Notes under the pieces: model-generated
Seen by the model: only the letters and a program-made list of their open reading frames with translations
Database searches by the model: none
What the model was told of the DNA's origin: nothing
Shown: positions 35,101 to 48,878 of the stretch, piece after piece
Layout: each line of letters begins with the position of its first letter
Numbering within the stretch: position 1 is the stretch's first letter
Program-made: the position numbers and the translations under genes
Source of the DNA: Anolis carolinensis
Lineage: Eukaryota
Direction: 5' to 3'
DNA: 64,000 nucleotides
Assembly (NCBI RefSeq): GCF_035594765.1
Contig: NW_026943826.1
Coordinates: 12,379,325-12,443,324, forward strand

Positions 35101-38100
35101 GGTGACATCTGGATGCCCTCCTGCAAGACCTGAATGTTCTTACGCACCACCAAAGACCCACATTTCGGCCTCTACTCGTCCACATCTCTCCCACCACCAC
35201 GGGTGACATCTGGATGCCCTCCTGCAAGACCTGAATGTTCTTACGCACCACCAAAGACCCACATTTCGGCCTCTACTCGTCCAGATCTCTCCCACCACCA
35301 CGGGTGACATCTGGATGCCCTCCTGCAAGACCTGAATGTTCTTACGCACCACCAAAGACCCACATTTCGGCCTCTACTCATCCAGATCTCTCCCACCACC
35401 ACGGGTGACATCTGGATGCCCTCCTGCAAGACCTGGATGTTCTTACACACCACCAAAGACCCACATTTCGGCCTCTACTCATCCAGATCTCTCCCACCAC
35501 CACGGGTGACATCTGGATGCCCTCCTGCAAGACCTGGATGTTCTTACACACCACCAAAGACCCACATTTCGGCCTCTACTCATCCAGATCTCTCCCACCA
35601 CCACGGGTGACATCTGGATGCCCTCCTGCAAGACCTGGATGTTCTTACACACCACCAAAGACCCACATTTCGGCCTCTACTCGTCCAGATCTCTCCTACC
35701 ACCACGGGTGACATCTGGATGCCCTCCTGCAAGACCTGGATGTTCTTACACACCACCAAAGACCCACATTTCGGCCTCTACTCGTCCAGATCTCTTCTAC
35801 CACCACGGGTGACATCTGGATGCCCTCCTGCAAGACCTGGATGTTCTTACACACCACCAAAGACCCACATTTTGGCCTTTACTCGTCCAGATCTCTCCCA
35901 CCACCACGGGTGACATCTGGATGCCCTCCTGCAAGACCTGAATGTTCTTACGCACCACCAAAGACCCACATTTCGGCCTCTACTCATCCAGATCTCTCCT
36001 ACCACCACGGGTGACATCTGGATGCCCTCCTGCAAGACCTGGATGTTCTTACACACCACCAAAGACCCACATTTCGGCCTCTACTCATCCAGATCTCTCC
36101 CACCACCACGGGTGACATCTGGATGCCCTCCTGCAAGACCTGGATGTTCTTACACACCACCAAAGACCCACATTTCGGCCTCTACTCATCCAGATCTCTC
36201 CCACCACCACGGGTGACATCTGGATGCCCTCCTGCAAGACCTGGATGTTCTTACACACCACCAAAGACCCACATTTCGGCCTCTACTCGTCCAGATCTCT
36301 CCCACCACCACGGGTGACATCTGGATGCCCTCCTGCAAGACCTGAATGTTCTTACGCACCACCAAAGACCCACATTTCGGCCTCTACTCGTCCAGATCTC
36401 TCCTACCACCACGGGTGACATCTGGATGCCCTCCTGCAAGACCTGGATGTTCTTACACACCACCAAAGACCCACATTTTGGCCTTTACTCATCCAGATCT
36501 CTCCTACCACCACGGGTGACATCTGGATGCCCTCCTGCAAGACCTGGATGTTCTTACACACCACCAAAGACCCACATTTCGGCCTCTACTCGTCCAGATC
36601 TCTCCTACCACCACGGGTGACATCTGGATGCCCTCCTGCAAGACCTGGATGTTCTTACACACCACCAAAGACCCACATTTCGGCCTCTACTCGTCCAGAT
36701 CTCTTCTACCACCACGGGTGACATCTGGATGCCCTCCTGCAAGACCTGGATGTTCTTACACACCACCAAAGACCCACATTTTGGCCTTTACTCATCCAGA
36801 TCTCTCCTACCACCACGGGTGACATCTGGATGCCCTCCTGCAAGACCTGAATGTTCTTACACACCACCAAAGACCCACATTTCGGCCTCTATTCATCCAG
36901 ATCTCTCCCACCACCACGGGTGACATCTGGATGCCCTCCTGCAAGACCTGGATGTTCTTACACACCACCAAAGACCCACATTTCGGCCTCTACTCGTCCA
37001 GATCTCTCCCACCACCACGGGTGACATCTGGATGCCCTCCTGCAAGACCTGAATGTTCTTACGCACCACCAAAGACCCACATTTCGGCCTCTACTCGTCC
37101 AGATCTCTCCTACCACCACGGGTGACATCTGGATGCCCTCCTGCAAGACCTGGATGTTCTTACACACCACCAAAGACCCACATTTTGGCCTTTACTCATC
37201 CAGATCTCTCCTACCACCACGGGTGACATCTGGATGCCCTCCTGCAAGACCTGGATGTTCTTACACACCACCAAAGACCCACATTTCGGCCTCTACTCGT
37301 CCAGATCTCTCCTACCACCACGGGTGACATCCGGATGCCCTCCTGCAAGACCTGGATGTTCTTACACACCACCAAAGACCCACATTTCGGCCTCTACTCG
37401 TCCAGATCTCTCCTACCACCACGGGTGACATCTGGATGCCCTCCTGCAAGACCTGGATGTTCTTACGCACCACCAAAGACCCACATTTCGGCCTCTACTC
37501 GTCCAGATCTCTCCTACCACCACGGGTGACATCTGGATGCCCTCCTGCAAGACCTGGATGTTCTTACACACCACCAAAGACCCACATTTTGGCCTCTACT
37601 CGTCCAGATCTCTCCTACCACCATGGGTGACATCCGGATGCCCCTCAGCAAAACCCGGATGCTCCCGTTTCTTGTTCTTACACACCACCAAAGAATCGAA
37701 AACTCTGAAGGTTTTTGGGCTAATCGAATGAAAGAGGGACATGGGCTGTGGTGCAACTGGTTAGTAGCCAGCAGCAATAAATCTACTGACCGAGAGATCA
37801 TCAATTCGAAACCAGCCTGGGTCAGGGTAAGCTTCTGACCATAAATAGTCCAGCTTGCTGTTGACCTATTCAGCCTGAAAGACAGTTGCACCTGTCGAGT
37901 AGTAAGTTTAGGTACCGCTTTATGAGCGGAGGCTAATTTAACTGATTTACGACACCATAAAAATTGAAAGAATGAGGAAGTACTCCATCAAGGGCTCGGT
38001 GTTTGACCTCACTTGCTCAATGCTATGGGATCCCATGTGTTGTCGTTTAGACAGAGGAGGTTCAAGAGCTTGTAAAAGTTCCTTACTTTGGCCTCGAAGA

Positions 38101-41100
38101 AGCTTTTGGCCCCTTTGACCCCTTCCGTGGAGACGTCGATCTCCGACAGCCGGGCCAAGGCGTGCAAGCCACTGTCTTCTTCCAACTCCCCGGCTGCGGC
38201 TTTGCGGAAGATCAGGAGAAACTGAACGAGAAGGAAGAGGAGAGGATGCAACACAGAGTAACTACTAAAGGTCTCCAAGCACATAACAACCCGCCTCTTA
38301 GGATTCCGCATCCGTCCTACCTCTCGGAAGGAGAGCTTCCCGTCAAAGTCTTCGTCCACCTCCTTGATCATGTTCTTCAACCCCAGGTGCGTCTGGGGAG
38401 CCCCCAGTTTCTCCATCATCAGCTTCAGCTCCATCAGGTCAATGAAGCCGTCTCGCCCTGCGTCGTACCTACAAATACAACCTAGAGTTAAGTTTCAACT
38501 AAAGTGAAGAAGACCACGTTCAGAAAAGCCAGGGAAAGTGGCCTCTCGATCAACCAACCACGCATGAGTCAGAGGCCTGGGGTCTACATCCGTGTTGGCT
38601 CAACAACCCAACCCTTGGCCCACTCTAGTTGACCTAACTATCCAACCACTGGTCTACTTGTAATGACAACTATCCAACCACTCTTGTGGACTCAGCTATC
38701 AAACCATTGGCCCACTCTAGTTGACTCAACTATCTAACCATTGGTCTACTTATATTGACTCAACTATCCAACCATTGGCCCACTCTTGTTGACCCAACCA
38801 TCCAACTATTGATCCACTATACTTGACTCAGCTATCCAACTACTGGTCTACTCACATTGCCTTAACTACTCTACTATTGGATCACTCTAGTTGGCTCAAC
38901 TATCCAACCACTTTAGTTGACTCAGCTATCCAACTACTGGTCTTCTCATATTGACTCAACCATCCTACTACTGGCCTACTCTAGTTGACTCAACTATCCA
39001 AACACTTTCATTGACTCAGCTATCCAACCGTTGATCTACTCACATTCACTCAACTACCCAATCACTCCTATTGACTCAACTATCCAACCATTTATCTTCT
39101 CATATTGACTCAACTATCCTACTACTGGCCTACTCTAGTTGACTCAACTATCCAACCACTCAAGTTGACTCAGCTATCCAACCGTTGATCTACTCACATT
39201 GACTCAACTACTCAGTCACTACTATTGACTCAACTATCCAATTATTGATCTTCTCATATTGACTCAAATATGCTACTACTGGCCTACTCTAGTTGACTCA
39301 ATTATCCAACCATTTTAATTGACTCAGTTATCCAACCACTGGTCTACTCATATTGATTCAACTACCCAACCACTGGCACACTCTAGTTGACTCAACTATC
39401 CAACCACTCAAGTTGACTCAGCTATCCAACCGTTGATCTACTCACATTGACTCAACTACTCAGTCACTACTATTGACTCAACTATCCAATTATTGATCTT
39501 CTCATATTGACTCAAATATGCTACTACTGGCCTACTCTAGTTGACTCAATTATCCAACCATTTTAATTGACTCAGTTATCCAACCACTGGTCTACTCATA
39601 TTGATTCAACTACCCAACCACTGGCACACTCTAGTTGACTCAACTATCCAACCACTGGCCTACTTTAGTTATCCCAACCATCCAACTTTGTCCCACAGTG
39701 TACTCTCAAGATGTCAACAATGCTAAGGCCGCTGAATTGTGAGTCAACGCTCAGTTGATTCTCAGAGTGGTGAAATTTCACTCCGCTCCTTCTCAGTGTA
39801 CACAAACGGCCCGCCTTGGGCTTACAGAATTATCAGTGCGGAATAATAAGACTTAATTGGCGTTTCCTGCAACGAGAACAAACACACAGCCCGGGCTGAT
39901 CCGGAGCGAGCCGGACCCACCAAGGAACGTATTTGTTTTTCTACTCCTGAAAGACGTGGTGTGGTTATAGATTAACTTTTGAGACAGAGCAGAACGGCGG
40001 TGTCTCAATGCCATGGGATCCTCGCCGTTGTAGTTTGGCCGAGGAGGCGGAAAAGAAACTACAACTCCCAGGAGTACGAAATCCCATCCCCGGAATAGTC
40101 TTAAGGATTTTTCATACAAGTAACCCAGTTCCTTGAAAATAGCACAATGGGGGACTTTAGCCGAGGAAGGTAAATGGGTAATCGTGTTACGTAATGGGAT
40201 TTGTAGCGTGTGACTGGCTCCGAAGCACACTTTCCTAAACAAAATAAGGTTGTTTAGCTCTGTAAAGAATGAAATGGGCCCCGGGGAGGTTTTATGCCTC
40301 TTCCTAAGAAATCGGAAGCCTTGATGTCGACATAAATCTATTTGCGGTCGATTGCGGTCCAAAGCTTTTGGCAGACAGGGATCCACCGAATGCCAGGGAA
40401 ATCAAGACGGAGAGGCGTTCTTAGGAAACTTATCATACCGTATTGAACTGCTAAGGCTCCGTGGGATGTGTAGTTTCCCAAGGACCCCAAAAGTGGTGCA
40501 AAGCCTTGTGTGTAGACGGGCCTGCTAAGCAGTAAGTGGGCAGGCGCCTTCCCGTCTTATTCCGATCGGTGACTAATCCCTCCCGCCCACGGCAAACGAG
40601 GATCCAGATTAATCTTCCGATTCTCCTCCGAAAAGCCGATTAGGGTGCTCAGATCCTCAAGGAGAGCCGAGAAGTTGATAATAATAATAACAGCATTATT
40701 GATTACTAGCTATGCCTGGCCACGTGTTGCTGTGGCTAAGACTTAATTTTTCTTTTCTTTTTGTTGTATGAACGTAGAGGCGTGGATGAGAGGTTGTGCT
40801 GTCAATTTTCGAGGTTGTGGGGCGTTTAGTTTAGTTGTTTTGTCCGGTGCCGTGATACCATTACCCTTTTATATATATAGATTGATTGATGACATTGATA
40901 ATACAATATTATAAATAATCATCCATGGCTCACAACCTCTGAGGATGCCTGCCATAGATGTGGGCGAAACGTCAGGAGAGAATGCTTCTGGAACATGGCC
41001 ACACAGCCCGAAAGACATACAACAACCCAACCGTAGCATTATTGATTATTGACAATGTTGATACTTAATATTAATATTAACAATCATAAAGGTAAAGGTT

Positions 41101-43958
41101 TCCCCTGACGTTAAGTCCAGTCATGTCTGACTCTGGGAGTTAGGGTTAACAATCATAGCATTATTGATTATTGATGGTATTGATCATATAATATTAATTA
41201 TTGATTATTGATAAAATAATATTAATTATAGCATCATTGATCATTGATGATATTGATAATATAATATTGATATGAATAGCATTATTGATTATTGATGATA
41301 TTGACAATATATTAATATTAATAACAGCATTATTGATTATTGACTATATTTATAATCTTATAAATAACACCATTATTTATTATTGATGATATTGATAATA
41401 TATTAATATTATTAATAGCATTATTGATTATTGGTGATATTGATAATATAATATTGATATGAATAGCATTATTGATTACTGACGATATTGACAATATATT
41501 AATATTATTAATAGCATTATTGATTATTGATGATACTGATCATATAATAATATTATTAATAGCATTATTGATTATTGATGATACTGATCATATAATGTTA
41601 TTGATAATAGCATTATTGATTATTGACAATATTCATCATATAATAATATTATTATTAATAGCATTATTGATTATTGATTATACTGAACATATATACTAAT
41701 AGTAGCATTATTGATCCCGGATGAGGATGACACTGTATTCTGATCCTCACCTGCCCTCTGCCCATGCTCAGGTGCCACCTCCCCTTTCCCTAACATAGTA
41801 GCACTGTTAAATAATAGCATTATTGATTATTGATTACATTGATCATATGATATTAATATTACTAATAGTAGCATTATTGATCACGGACGGTGATGACATT
41901 GTATTCTGATCCTTGCCTGCCCTCTGCCCATGCTCAGGAGCCACCTTCCCTTTCCCTAATAGCATTATTGATTATTGATGATATTGATCATATCATATTA
42001 ATATTACTAATAGTAGCATTATTGATCCTGGATGAGGATGACACTGTATTCTGATCCTCGCCTGCCCTCTGCCCATGCTCAGGAGCCACCTCCTCTTTCC
42101 CTAACATAGTAGCACTATTGACTAATAGCATTATTGATTATTGATATTGATAATATATTAATATTATTGATTATTGATATTGATAATATATTATTATTAT
42201 TGATGATATTGATCATATAATATTAATATTACTAATAGTAGCATTATTGATCCCGGACAATGACGGCATTGTATTAGGATCCTCGCCTGCCCTCTTCCCA
42301 TGCTCAGGAGCCACCTTCCCTTTCCCTAATAGCATTATTGATTATTGATGATATTGATCATATAATATTATTATAGATAACAATTACATTATTGATCCCA
42401 GATGAGGATGATGTTGCATTATGATGGCGGATGAAGATGATGTTGCCTTATGATCACTGTCTGCCCTCTGCCTATGCTCAGGAGCCCCCTTCCCTTTCCC
42501 TAATAGCATTATTGATGATTGATTATATTGATCATATCATATTAATATTACGAATAGTAGCATTATTGATCCCGGACGGTGACGGCATTGTATTCTGATC
42601 CTCGCCTGCCCTCTGCCCATGCTCAGGTGCCACCTTACTTTTCTCTAATAGCATTATTGATTATATTGATCATATAGTATTAATATTACTAATAGTAGCA
42701 TTATTGATCCCGGACGGTGACGGCATTGTATCCTGATTCTCACCTGCCCTCTGCCCATGCTCAGGAACCACATTCCCTTTCCCTAATAGCATTATTGATT
42801 ATTGATTATATTGATCATATAATATCAATATTACTAATAGTAGCATTACTGATCCCGGATGAGGATGATGTTGCATTATGATCGCGGATGAAGATGATGT
42901 TGCCTTATGATCACTGTCTGCCCTCTGCCCATGCTCAGGAGCCACCTCCCCGTTCCCTAATATAGTAGCACTTTTGACTAATAGCATTATGGATTATTGA
43001 TTACATTGATCATATCATATTAATATTACGAATAGTAGCATTATTGATTATATTGATCATATCATATTAATATTACGAATAGTAGCATTATTGATCCCGG
43101 ACGGTGACGGCATTGTATTCTGATCCTCGCCTGCCCTCTGCCCATGCTCAGGTGCCACCTTACTTTTCCCTAATAGCATTATTGATTATATTGATTATAT
43201 TGATCATATAATATCAATATTACTAATAGTAGCATTATTGATCCCGGATGAGGATGATGTTGCATTATGATCGCGGATGAAGATGATGTTGCCTTATGAT
43301 CACTGTCTGCCCTCTGCCCATGCTCAGGAGCCACCTCCCCGTTCCCTAATATAGTAGCACTTTTGACTAATAGCATTATTGATCATTGATTACATTGATC
43401 ATATCATATTAATATTACGAATAGTAGCATTATTGATCCCGGATGGTGACGGCATTGTATCCTGATCCTCGCCTGCCCTCTGCCCATGCTCAGGAGCCAC
43501 CTCCCCGTTCCCTAATATAGTAGCACTTTTGACTAGTAGCATTATTGATTATTGATTATATTGATCATATCATATTAATATTACGAATAGTAGCATTTTT
43601 GATCCCGGATGGTGACGGCATTGTATCCTGATCCTCGCCTGCCCTCTGCCCATGCTCAGAGGCCCCCTTTCCCCTGATGGTGGTGGTGGTTTGCAGGGAC
43701 TCACTGCTTGAAGAGCCTCTCCATGTCCTTGATCTGCTTGCGGGAGAATTCCCGGAATTCGGTGTGTGGGCTGAAGACCCGGTGGGGGGACCCGGGGGTG
43801 GGGGGGGACTCGGAGGCCAGCTCGGCCCTTCTCTGCAGCTTGGCCCCCAGCTCGCTCTCCTCCTCCTCCTCCTCCAGGCATCCTCCTCCTCCTCCTCCTC
43901 CTTCATCTCCAACACGGAGTCGGCGGCTCAGCTTCCCGGCCAGCTCCTCCGTCGCCAT
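32150..43958 (-). CDS. EFHD2: EF-hand domain family member D2 (swiprosin-1), 223 aa, 4 exons
   Basis: Exons 43958-43705, 38468-38321, 38221-38087, 32284-32150: MATEELAGKLSRRL, EFSRKQIKDME, YDAGRDGFIDLMELKLMMEKLGAPQTHLGLK, SRFEEEIKAEQEE, KAAFKELQSAFKQ*; putative polyA signal 30119-30124. Confidence 0.95.
32327..37695. repeat. Homogeneous 101-bp tandem array (~53 copies) in EFHD2 intron 3
   Basis: Exact 101-bp periodicity seen in sequence and in the ORF track; few variant positions. Confidence 0.97.
37743..37960 (+). mobile_element. Sauria SINE-like element
   Basis: tRNA-like head, homologous to 549-742. Confidence 0.7.
38620..39690. repeat. Degenerate minisatellite GTTGACTCAACTATCCAACCAC in EFHD2 intron 1
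   Basis: ~26-34-bp units, most carrying TGACTCA; a ~228-bp block is duplicated (39140-39370 / 39388-39640). Confidence 0.85.
40706..40881 (-). mobile_element. Minimal (~176-bp) non-autonomous Helitron
   Basis: Minus strand TCTATATATATAAAAGGGTAATG...GCCACAGCAACACGTGGCCAGGCATAGCTAG|T; homologous to 6437-6883. Confidence 0.75.
40931..41028 (+). mobile_element. Penelope-like element terminal fragment
   Basis: CTCTGAGGATGCCTGCCATAGATG..GGCGAAACGTCAGGAGAGAATGCTTCTGGAACATGGCC; copies at ~59100-59180 (-) and ~60770-60851 (+). Confidence 0.55.
41150..43680. repeat. Composite minisatellite (ATTATTGAT-rich spacers + GATCCTCGCCTGCCCTCTGCCCATGCTCAGG core) in EFHD2 intron 1
   Basis: About 12 copies of the GC-rich core with AT-rich spacers. 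Confidence 0.85.
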
Positions 43959-44040
43959 CCCTGCTGAGGAAGGAAGGAAGGAAGGAAAGAAAGGAAGGAA
44001 AGGATGAAGGAGGGATGAAGGAGGGAGGGAGCCAAGCCTG

Positions 44041-44090
44041 GCCCCGCCCACAACCCTGACGTCACGCGCCTCCCCCCCCCTCCCGCCCCG
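44041..44090 (-). promoter_or_regulatory. EFHD2 proximal promoter: GC boxes and full CRE
   Basis: GCCCCGCCC 44041-44049, TGACGTCA 44057-44064, ~85-105 bp upstream of ATG. Confidence 0.55.
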
Positions 44091-44179
44091 ACCTCAATTG
44101 TCGGGTTTGTCCTCTCCTTGTTTTTGCGACTTCTCTTTTCCACTCTCCTGACAAGAAAATGAAAAACCAAGACCCAAGT

Positions 44180-45850
44180 GTTTGGGCTCCCTGGAAAGAG
44201 GAAGCGATTGCCTTTCTTACAGTCTATGTGATCTTTACTCTCGAGCAAGTCTAAAGGAGTCAATGCGGGTCCCAAGCTGTGCCCCCCCCTCCCATCAATG
44301 TATATCCATCTTTGCCTTCCTGTTACTCAGTCATAATGAAGTCCATAGACATGAGTTTGGTCTCAATGGAAAGAGGAAGCGATTATCTTTCTTCCTGTCT
44401 GTGTGACTTTTACTTTTGAGGAACTCTAAAGGAGTCAATGCGGGTCCAAAGCTGTGCCCCCCTCCCATCAATGCAAAGAGGAAGCTGTAGAAGTATATCC
44501 ATCTTTGGTTTCCTGTTGCTCGGTCATAAAGAGGTCCAGAGACATGGGTTTGGTCTCAATGGAAAGAGGAAGCGATGGGCTTTCTTACAGTCTATGTGAT
44601 ATTTACTCTCGAGGAAGCCTAAAGGGGTCAATGCGGATCCAAATCTGTGCCCCCCTCCCATCAATCAAAGAGGAAGCTGTAGAAGTATATCCGTCTTTGG
44701 CTTCCTGCTGCTCAGTCATAAAGAAGTCCAGAGACATGGGTTTGGTCTCAATGGAAAGAGGAAGTGATTGCCTTTCTTCCCATCTATGTCACTTTTACTC
44801 TTGAGACTACCCATAAGGATGTATTGGGTCCAAAGCTCTCCCCCCCCCCCCGCCATTCAGTGCAATTTTATTAGGTCCATCTTTGGCTGACTGCTGTTTA
44901 GTCATAATGATGTCCATAGACATGGGTTTGGTCTCAATGGAAAGAGGAAGCGATTGGCTTTCTTACTATCTATGTTACTTTTACTCTCGAGACAATCCAT
45001 AAGGATGTATTGGATCCAAAGCCCCCCACCCCCACCCCGCCATTCAGTGCAGTGTTGTTAAGTCCATCTTTGGCTGACTATTGTTTAGTCATAATAATGT
45101 CCATAGACATGGGTTTGGTCTCAATGGAAAGAGGAAGCGATTGTCTTTCTTACTCTCTATGTCACTTTTACTCTCGAGGAAGTCTAAAGGACACAATGCG
45201 GGTCCAAAGCTGTGCCCCCCACCCATCAATGCAAAGAGGAAGCTGTAGAAGTATATACATCTTTGGCTTCCTGTTGCTCAGTCATAAATACGTCCATAGA
45301 CATGGGTTTGGTCTCAGTGGAAAGAGGAAGCGATTGCCTTTCTTACCATCTATGTCACTTTTACTCTCGAGACAACCCATAAGGATGTATTGGGTCCAAA
45401 GCCCCCCCCCCCCGCCATTCTGTGCTATGTTATTAGGTCCATCTTACGCTGACTGTTGTTTACTCATAATGATGACCATAGACATGGGTTTGGTCTCAAT
45501 AGAAAGATGAAACGATTGCCTTTCTTACCATCTATGTCACTTTTACTCTCGAGGAAACCCATAAGGATGTATTGGATCCAAAGCCCTCCCCCCCCCGCCA
45601 TTCAGTGCAATGTTATTAGGTCCATCTTTGGCTGACTGTTGTTTAGTCATAATGATGTCCATAGACATGAGTTTGGTCTCAATGGAACGAGGAGGCGATG
45701 GGCTTTCTTACTCTCTATGTCACTTTTATTCTCGAGGAAACCCATAAGGATGAATTGGGTCCAAAGCCCTCCCCCCCGCCATTCAGTGCAATGTTATTAG
45801 GTCCATCTTTGGCTGACTATTGTTTAGTTAATAATGTCCATAGACATGGG
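44180..45850. repeat. ~180-190-bp tandem repeat between EFHD2 and CELA2
   Basis: GACATGGGTTTGGTCTCAATGGAAAGAGGAAGCGATTG repeated about 9 times. Confidence 0.85.
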
Positions 45851-46334
45851 AGAAGGAGGCTGGACTAGATGTCCTTTGGGGGTCCCTCCCGACCCTGGGA
45901 TTCTCCCAATTCTTTGGGTCTCCATCCATCCATCCATCCATCTGTGAAATCCCATAATCCCCTGTGTGTGCCAATGCCCAGAGCGGCGGGATTACGACCG
46001 ACCGGCCTGGTGGAGCGGGGTCACCGAGGACACACAAGGCCGCGTGCCAAGTGTGTGAGCTGGGCTTTGGAAAGATATTCCCTGGATGGCCATCTGTCGG
46101 GGGGGCTTTGATGGTGCTTTCCCGGCAGGACGGCAGGGGCCTGGGCTAGATGGCCTTCAGGGGCCCCTTGGCAAGGACAGCCGAGCCATTTGTTATTTCC
46201 GTCCCTGGGAACAAACAGATGGGCAACACGTTCCCAGTTTCTCTCGGCATCAGTCAGTCGAAAGGTCAGGCTTTGTCCTGGAACGAACCCTCTCTGTTCC
46301 CTTCTTTCTCCCTTCTCCGGAGAATTTTGAGCTA

Positions 46335-47370
46335 CATACACACATATACGTATACACACATATATATACATATTTATACCCACATATTCACATATATGCA
46401 CGCATATTTATACACACATATACACAGACATACACAAACCTATAAACACATATACATATACCGGTATGTATACGCACATATTTATANNNNNNNNNNNNNN
46501 NNNNNNNNNNNNNNNNNNNNNNNNNNNNNNNNNNNNNNNNNNNNNNNNNNNNNNNNNNNNNNNNNNNNNNNNNNNNNNNNNNNNNNNNNNNNNNNNNNNN
46601 NNNNNNNNNNNNNNNNNNNNNNNNNNATATATGTACACAAAGATATACACACATGCACACATATATACACACACATATACACAGACATATACACACATAT
46701 ACATACACAAATATGTATACACATATTTATACACACACATAAGACACATACACACATATATGTACACAAACATATACACACATGCACACATATATACACA
46801 CACATATACACAGACATATACACACATATACATACACAAATATGTATACACATATTTATACACACACATACATAGACACGTACACACACATATATGTGCA
46901 CAAACATATACACACATGCACACATATATATGCACATATACACAGACACATANNNNNNNNNNNNNNNNNNNNNNNNNNNNNNNNNNNNNNNNNNNNNNNN
47001 NNNNNNNNNNNNNNNNNNNNNNNNNNNNNNNNNNNNNNNNNNNNNNNNNNNNNNNNNNNNNNNNNNNNNNNNNNNNNNNNNNNNNNNNNNNNNNNNNNNN
47101 NNNNNNNNNNNNNNNNNNNNNNNNNNNNNNNNNNNNNNNNNNNNNNNNNNNNNNNNNNNNNNNNCACACATATATGTACACAAACATATACACACACACA
47201 TAAACATATACACACATATATGTATACACACATATTTATACACAGACACATACATATAATATACACACACGTGTGTATATGTGTATGTATGTATATGTAT
47301 ATGTGTGTGGGCTTTGAAAAGTTGTGTGTTGTGTGTATGTGTGCATATAAATATATGTGTATGTGTATGA
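46335..47370. repeat. (CA/TA)n-rich microsatellite with gaps
   Basis: ACACATAT repeats around N runs. Confidence 0.9.
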
Positions 47371-47488
47371 CCCACACAAGGAGCCCCCTGTAGGGATCCC
47401 AGGGCAAGGCCAATCCCTTGCTTGCTATCAGGCTCCGTGTTGCCTTCCCGTGCTCTGAGCTTGGCACGGATCCCTCCGGGCTCCCCAG

Positions 47489-47593
47489 GTGAGAAACGGC
47501 ACACCTGGCGGGGATTCGGACCTTGAGGGAGGGGGCCAGCGAGGCCGTATCTGCCCCCCGTCGGGCACCCGATCAGCTCTCCACGGATATAAG
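47489..47593 (+). promoter_or_regulatory. Putative CELA2 acinar promoter: PTF1-type E-box/TC-box plus TATA
   Basis: Minus strand CAGGTG-N5-TTTCTCAC (47489-47507); TATAAG at 47588; CAAGGCCA (NR5A2-like) at 47405-47412. Confidence 0.5.
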
Positions 47594-47641
47594 AGCTCCG
47601 TTCGGAACCCAACTTTCTCATTGCACACATCACGCACAACC

Positions 47642-48845
47642 ATGATCGGCGTCCTCCTGACAGTCCTGGCGCTGGCCTCTGCGGGTAAATAATGGGTCCC
47701 ATAATAATAATAGTAAATTGTGGGAAATGGAGTCCCAAACACCTGGGCCCGATCCACAGGCTCCCATCGGACTCTCTTCTCTTTCTCGCAGCCTTCGGTT
47801 GCGGCGTCCCGGCCTACACACCCAACGTTTCCAGAGTCGTCGGAGGAGACAACGCTCGGCAAAACAGCTGGCCCTGGCAGGTAACAGTCATTCGCTGGAC
47901 CCCACAATCCAATAATCCCAAGTTGCAAAAAATTGGGAATTTGCGTTGTAATTCTTTACCGACATGATGTCGGTAAACACGAAATTGCACCATTGCGAAA
48001 TTTTTCGAGATTTACGTTTTTTGCCCAACCAGGTGTCCCTCCAGTATTCCTCCAGCGGGTCGTGGCGCCACACGTGTGGAGGGACCCTCATTGCCGACAA
48101 CTGGGTCATGACGGCTGCCCATTGCATCAGGTAATGAGGATGATGATGATGATGTGTCCGCTGATAATTTCTGATGGCGAAAATAATGATGATCATAATA
48201 ATGCGGAATTATTCGTGACTTTTTCCTCCAGTTCGTCCCGCACCTATCGGGTCTACCTCGGGAAATACAACCTCGCAGCCAGTGAATCCGGGTCGGTTGC
48301 CGTTTCCCCTGAAAAAATCATCGTTCACGCCAAGTGGGACTCCAGCAGCGTTTCCAAAGGGTAACCTATGCTATACACAACATATAGATAGATAGGTCAG
48401 TAGGTCAGTGGATGGAAGGAGGAATGGATGGATAGATAGAAACAGAGAGAGAGAGAGATTGAGTGATCAGATAGACAGAGAAGTAGACTGGTAGATAGGA
48501 TACATCGATTAGCTCTTTCTTAGATAGATAAGGAGATCGGATAGACAGATAAATAGACTGGTAGATAGGATACATCGATTAGCCCTTTCTTAGATAGATA
48601 AGGAGATCGGATAGACAGATAAATAGACTGGTAGGTAGGATACATCGATTAGCTCTTTCTTAGATAGATAAGGAGATCGGATAGACAGATAAATAGACTT
48701 GTAGATAGGCTACATCGATTAGCCCTTTCTTAGATAGACAGACAGACGGACAGACAGATAGATAGATAGATAATCGATAATCAGGAGATCAGATAGACAG
48801 ATAAATAGACTGGTAGATAGGATACATCAATTAGCCATTTCTTAC

Positions 48846-48878
<33 letters not shown>

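Noticed and set aside
32327-37695. CRISPR array or tandem small-protein gene cluster (dozens of 64/71-aa ORFs)
   Set aside because: No unique spacers, no cas genes, eukaryotic intron; ORFs are by-products of the 101-bp period.
39853-40386. 177-aa minus-strand ORF in EFHD2 intron 1
   Set aside because: No recognisable motifs, non-ATG start, no splice support.
46150-47470. His/Thr/Tyr- and Cys/Val-rich ORFs
   Set aside because: Translations of (CA)n/(TA)n microsatellite across gaps.
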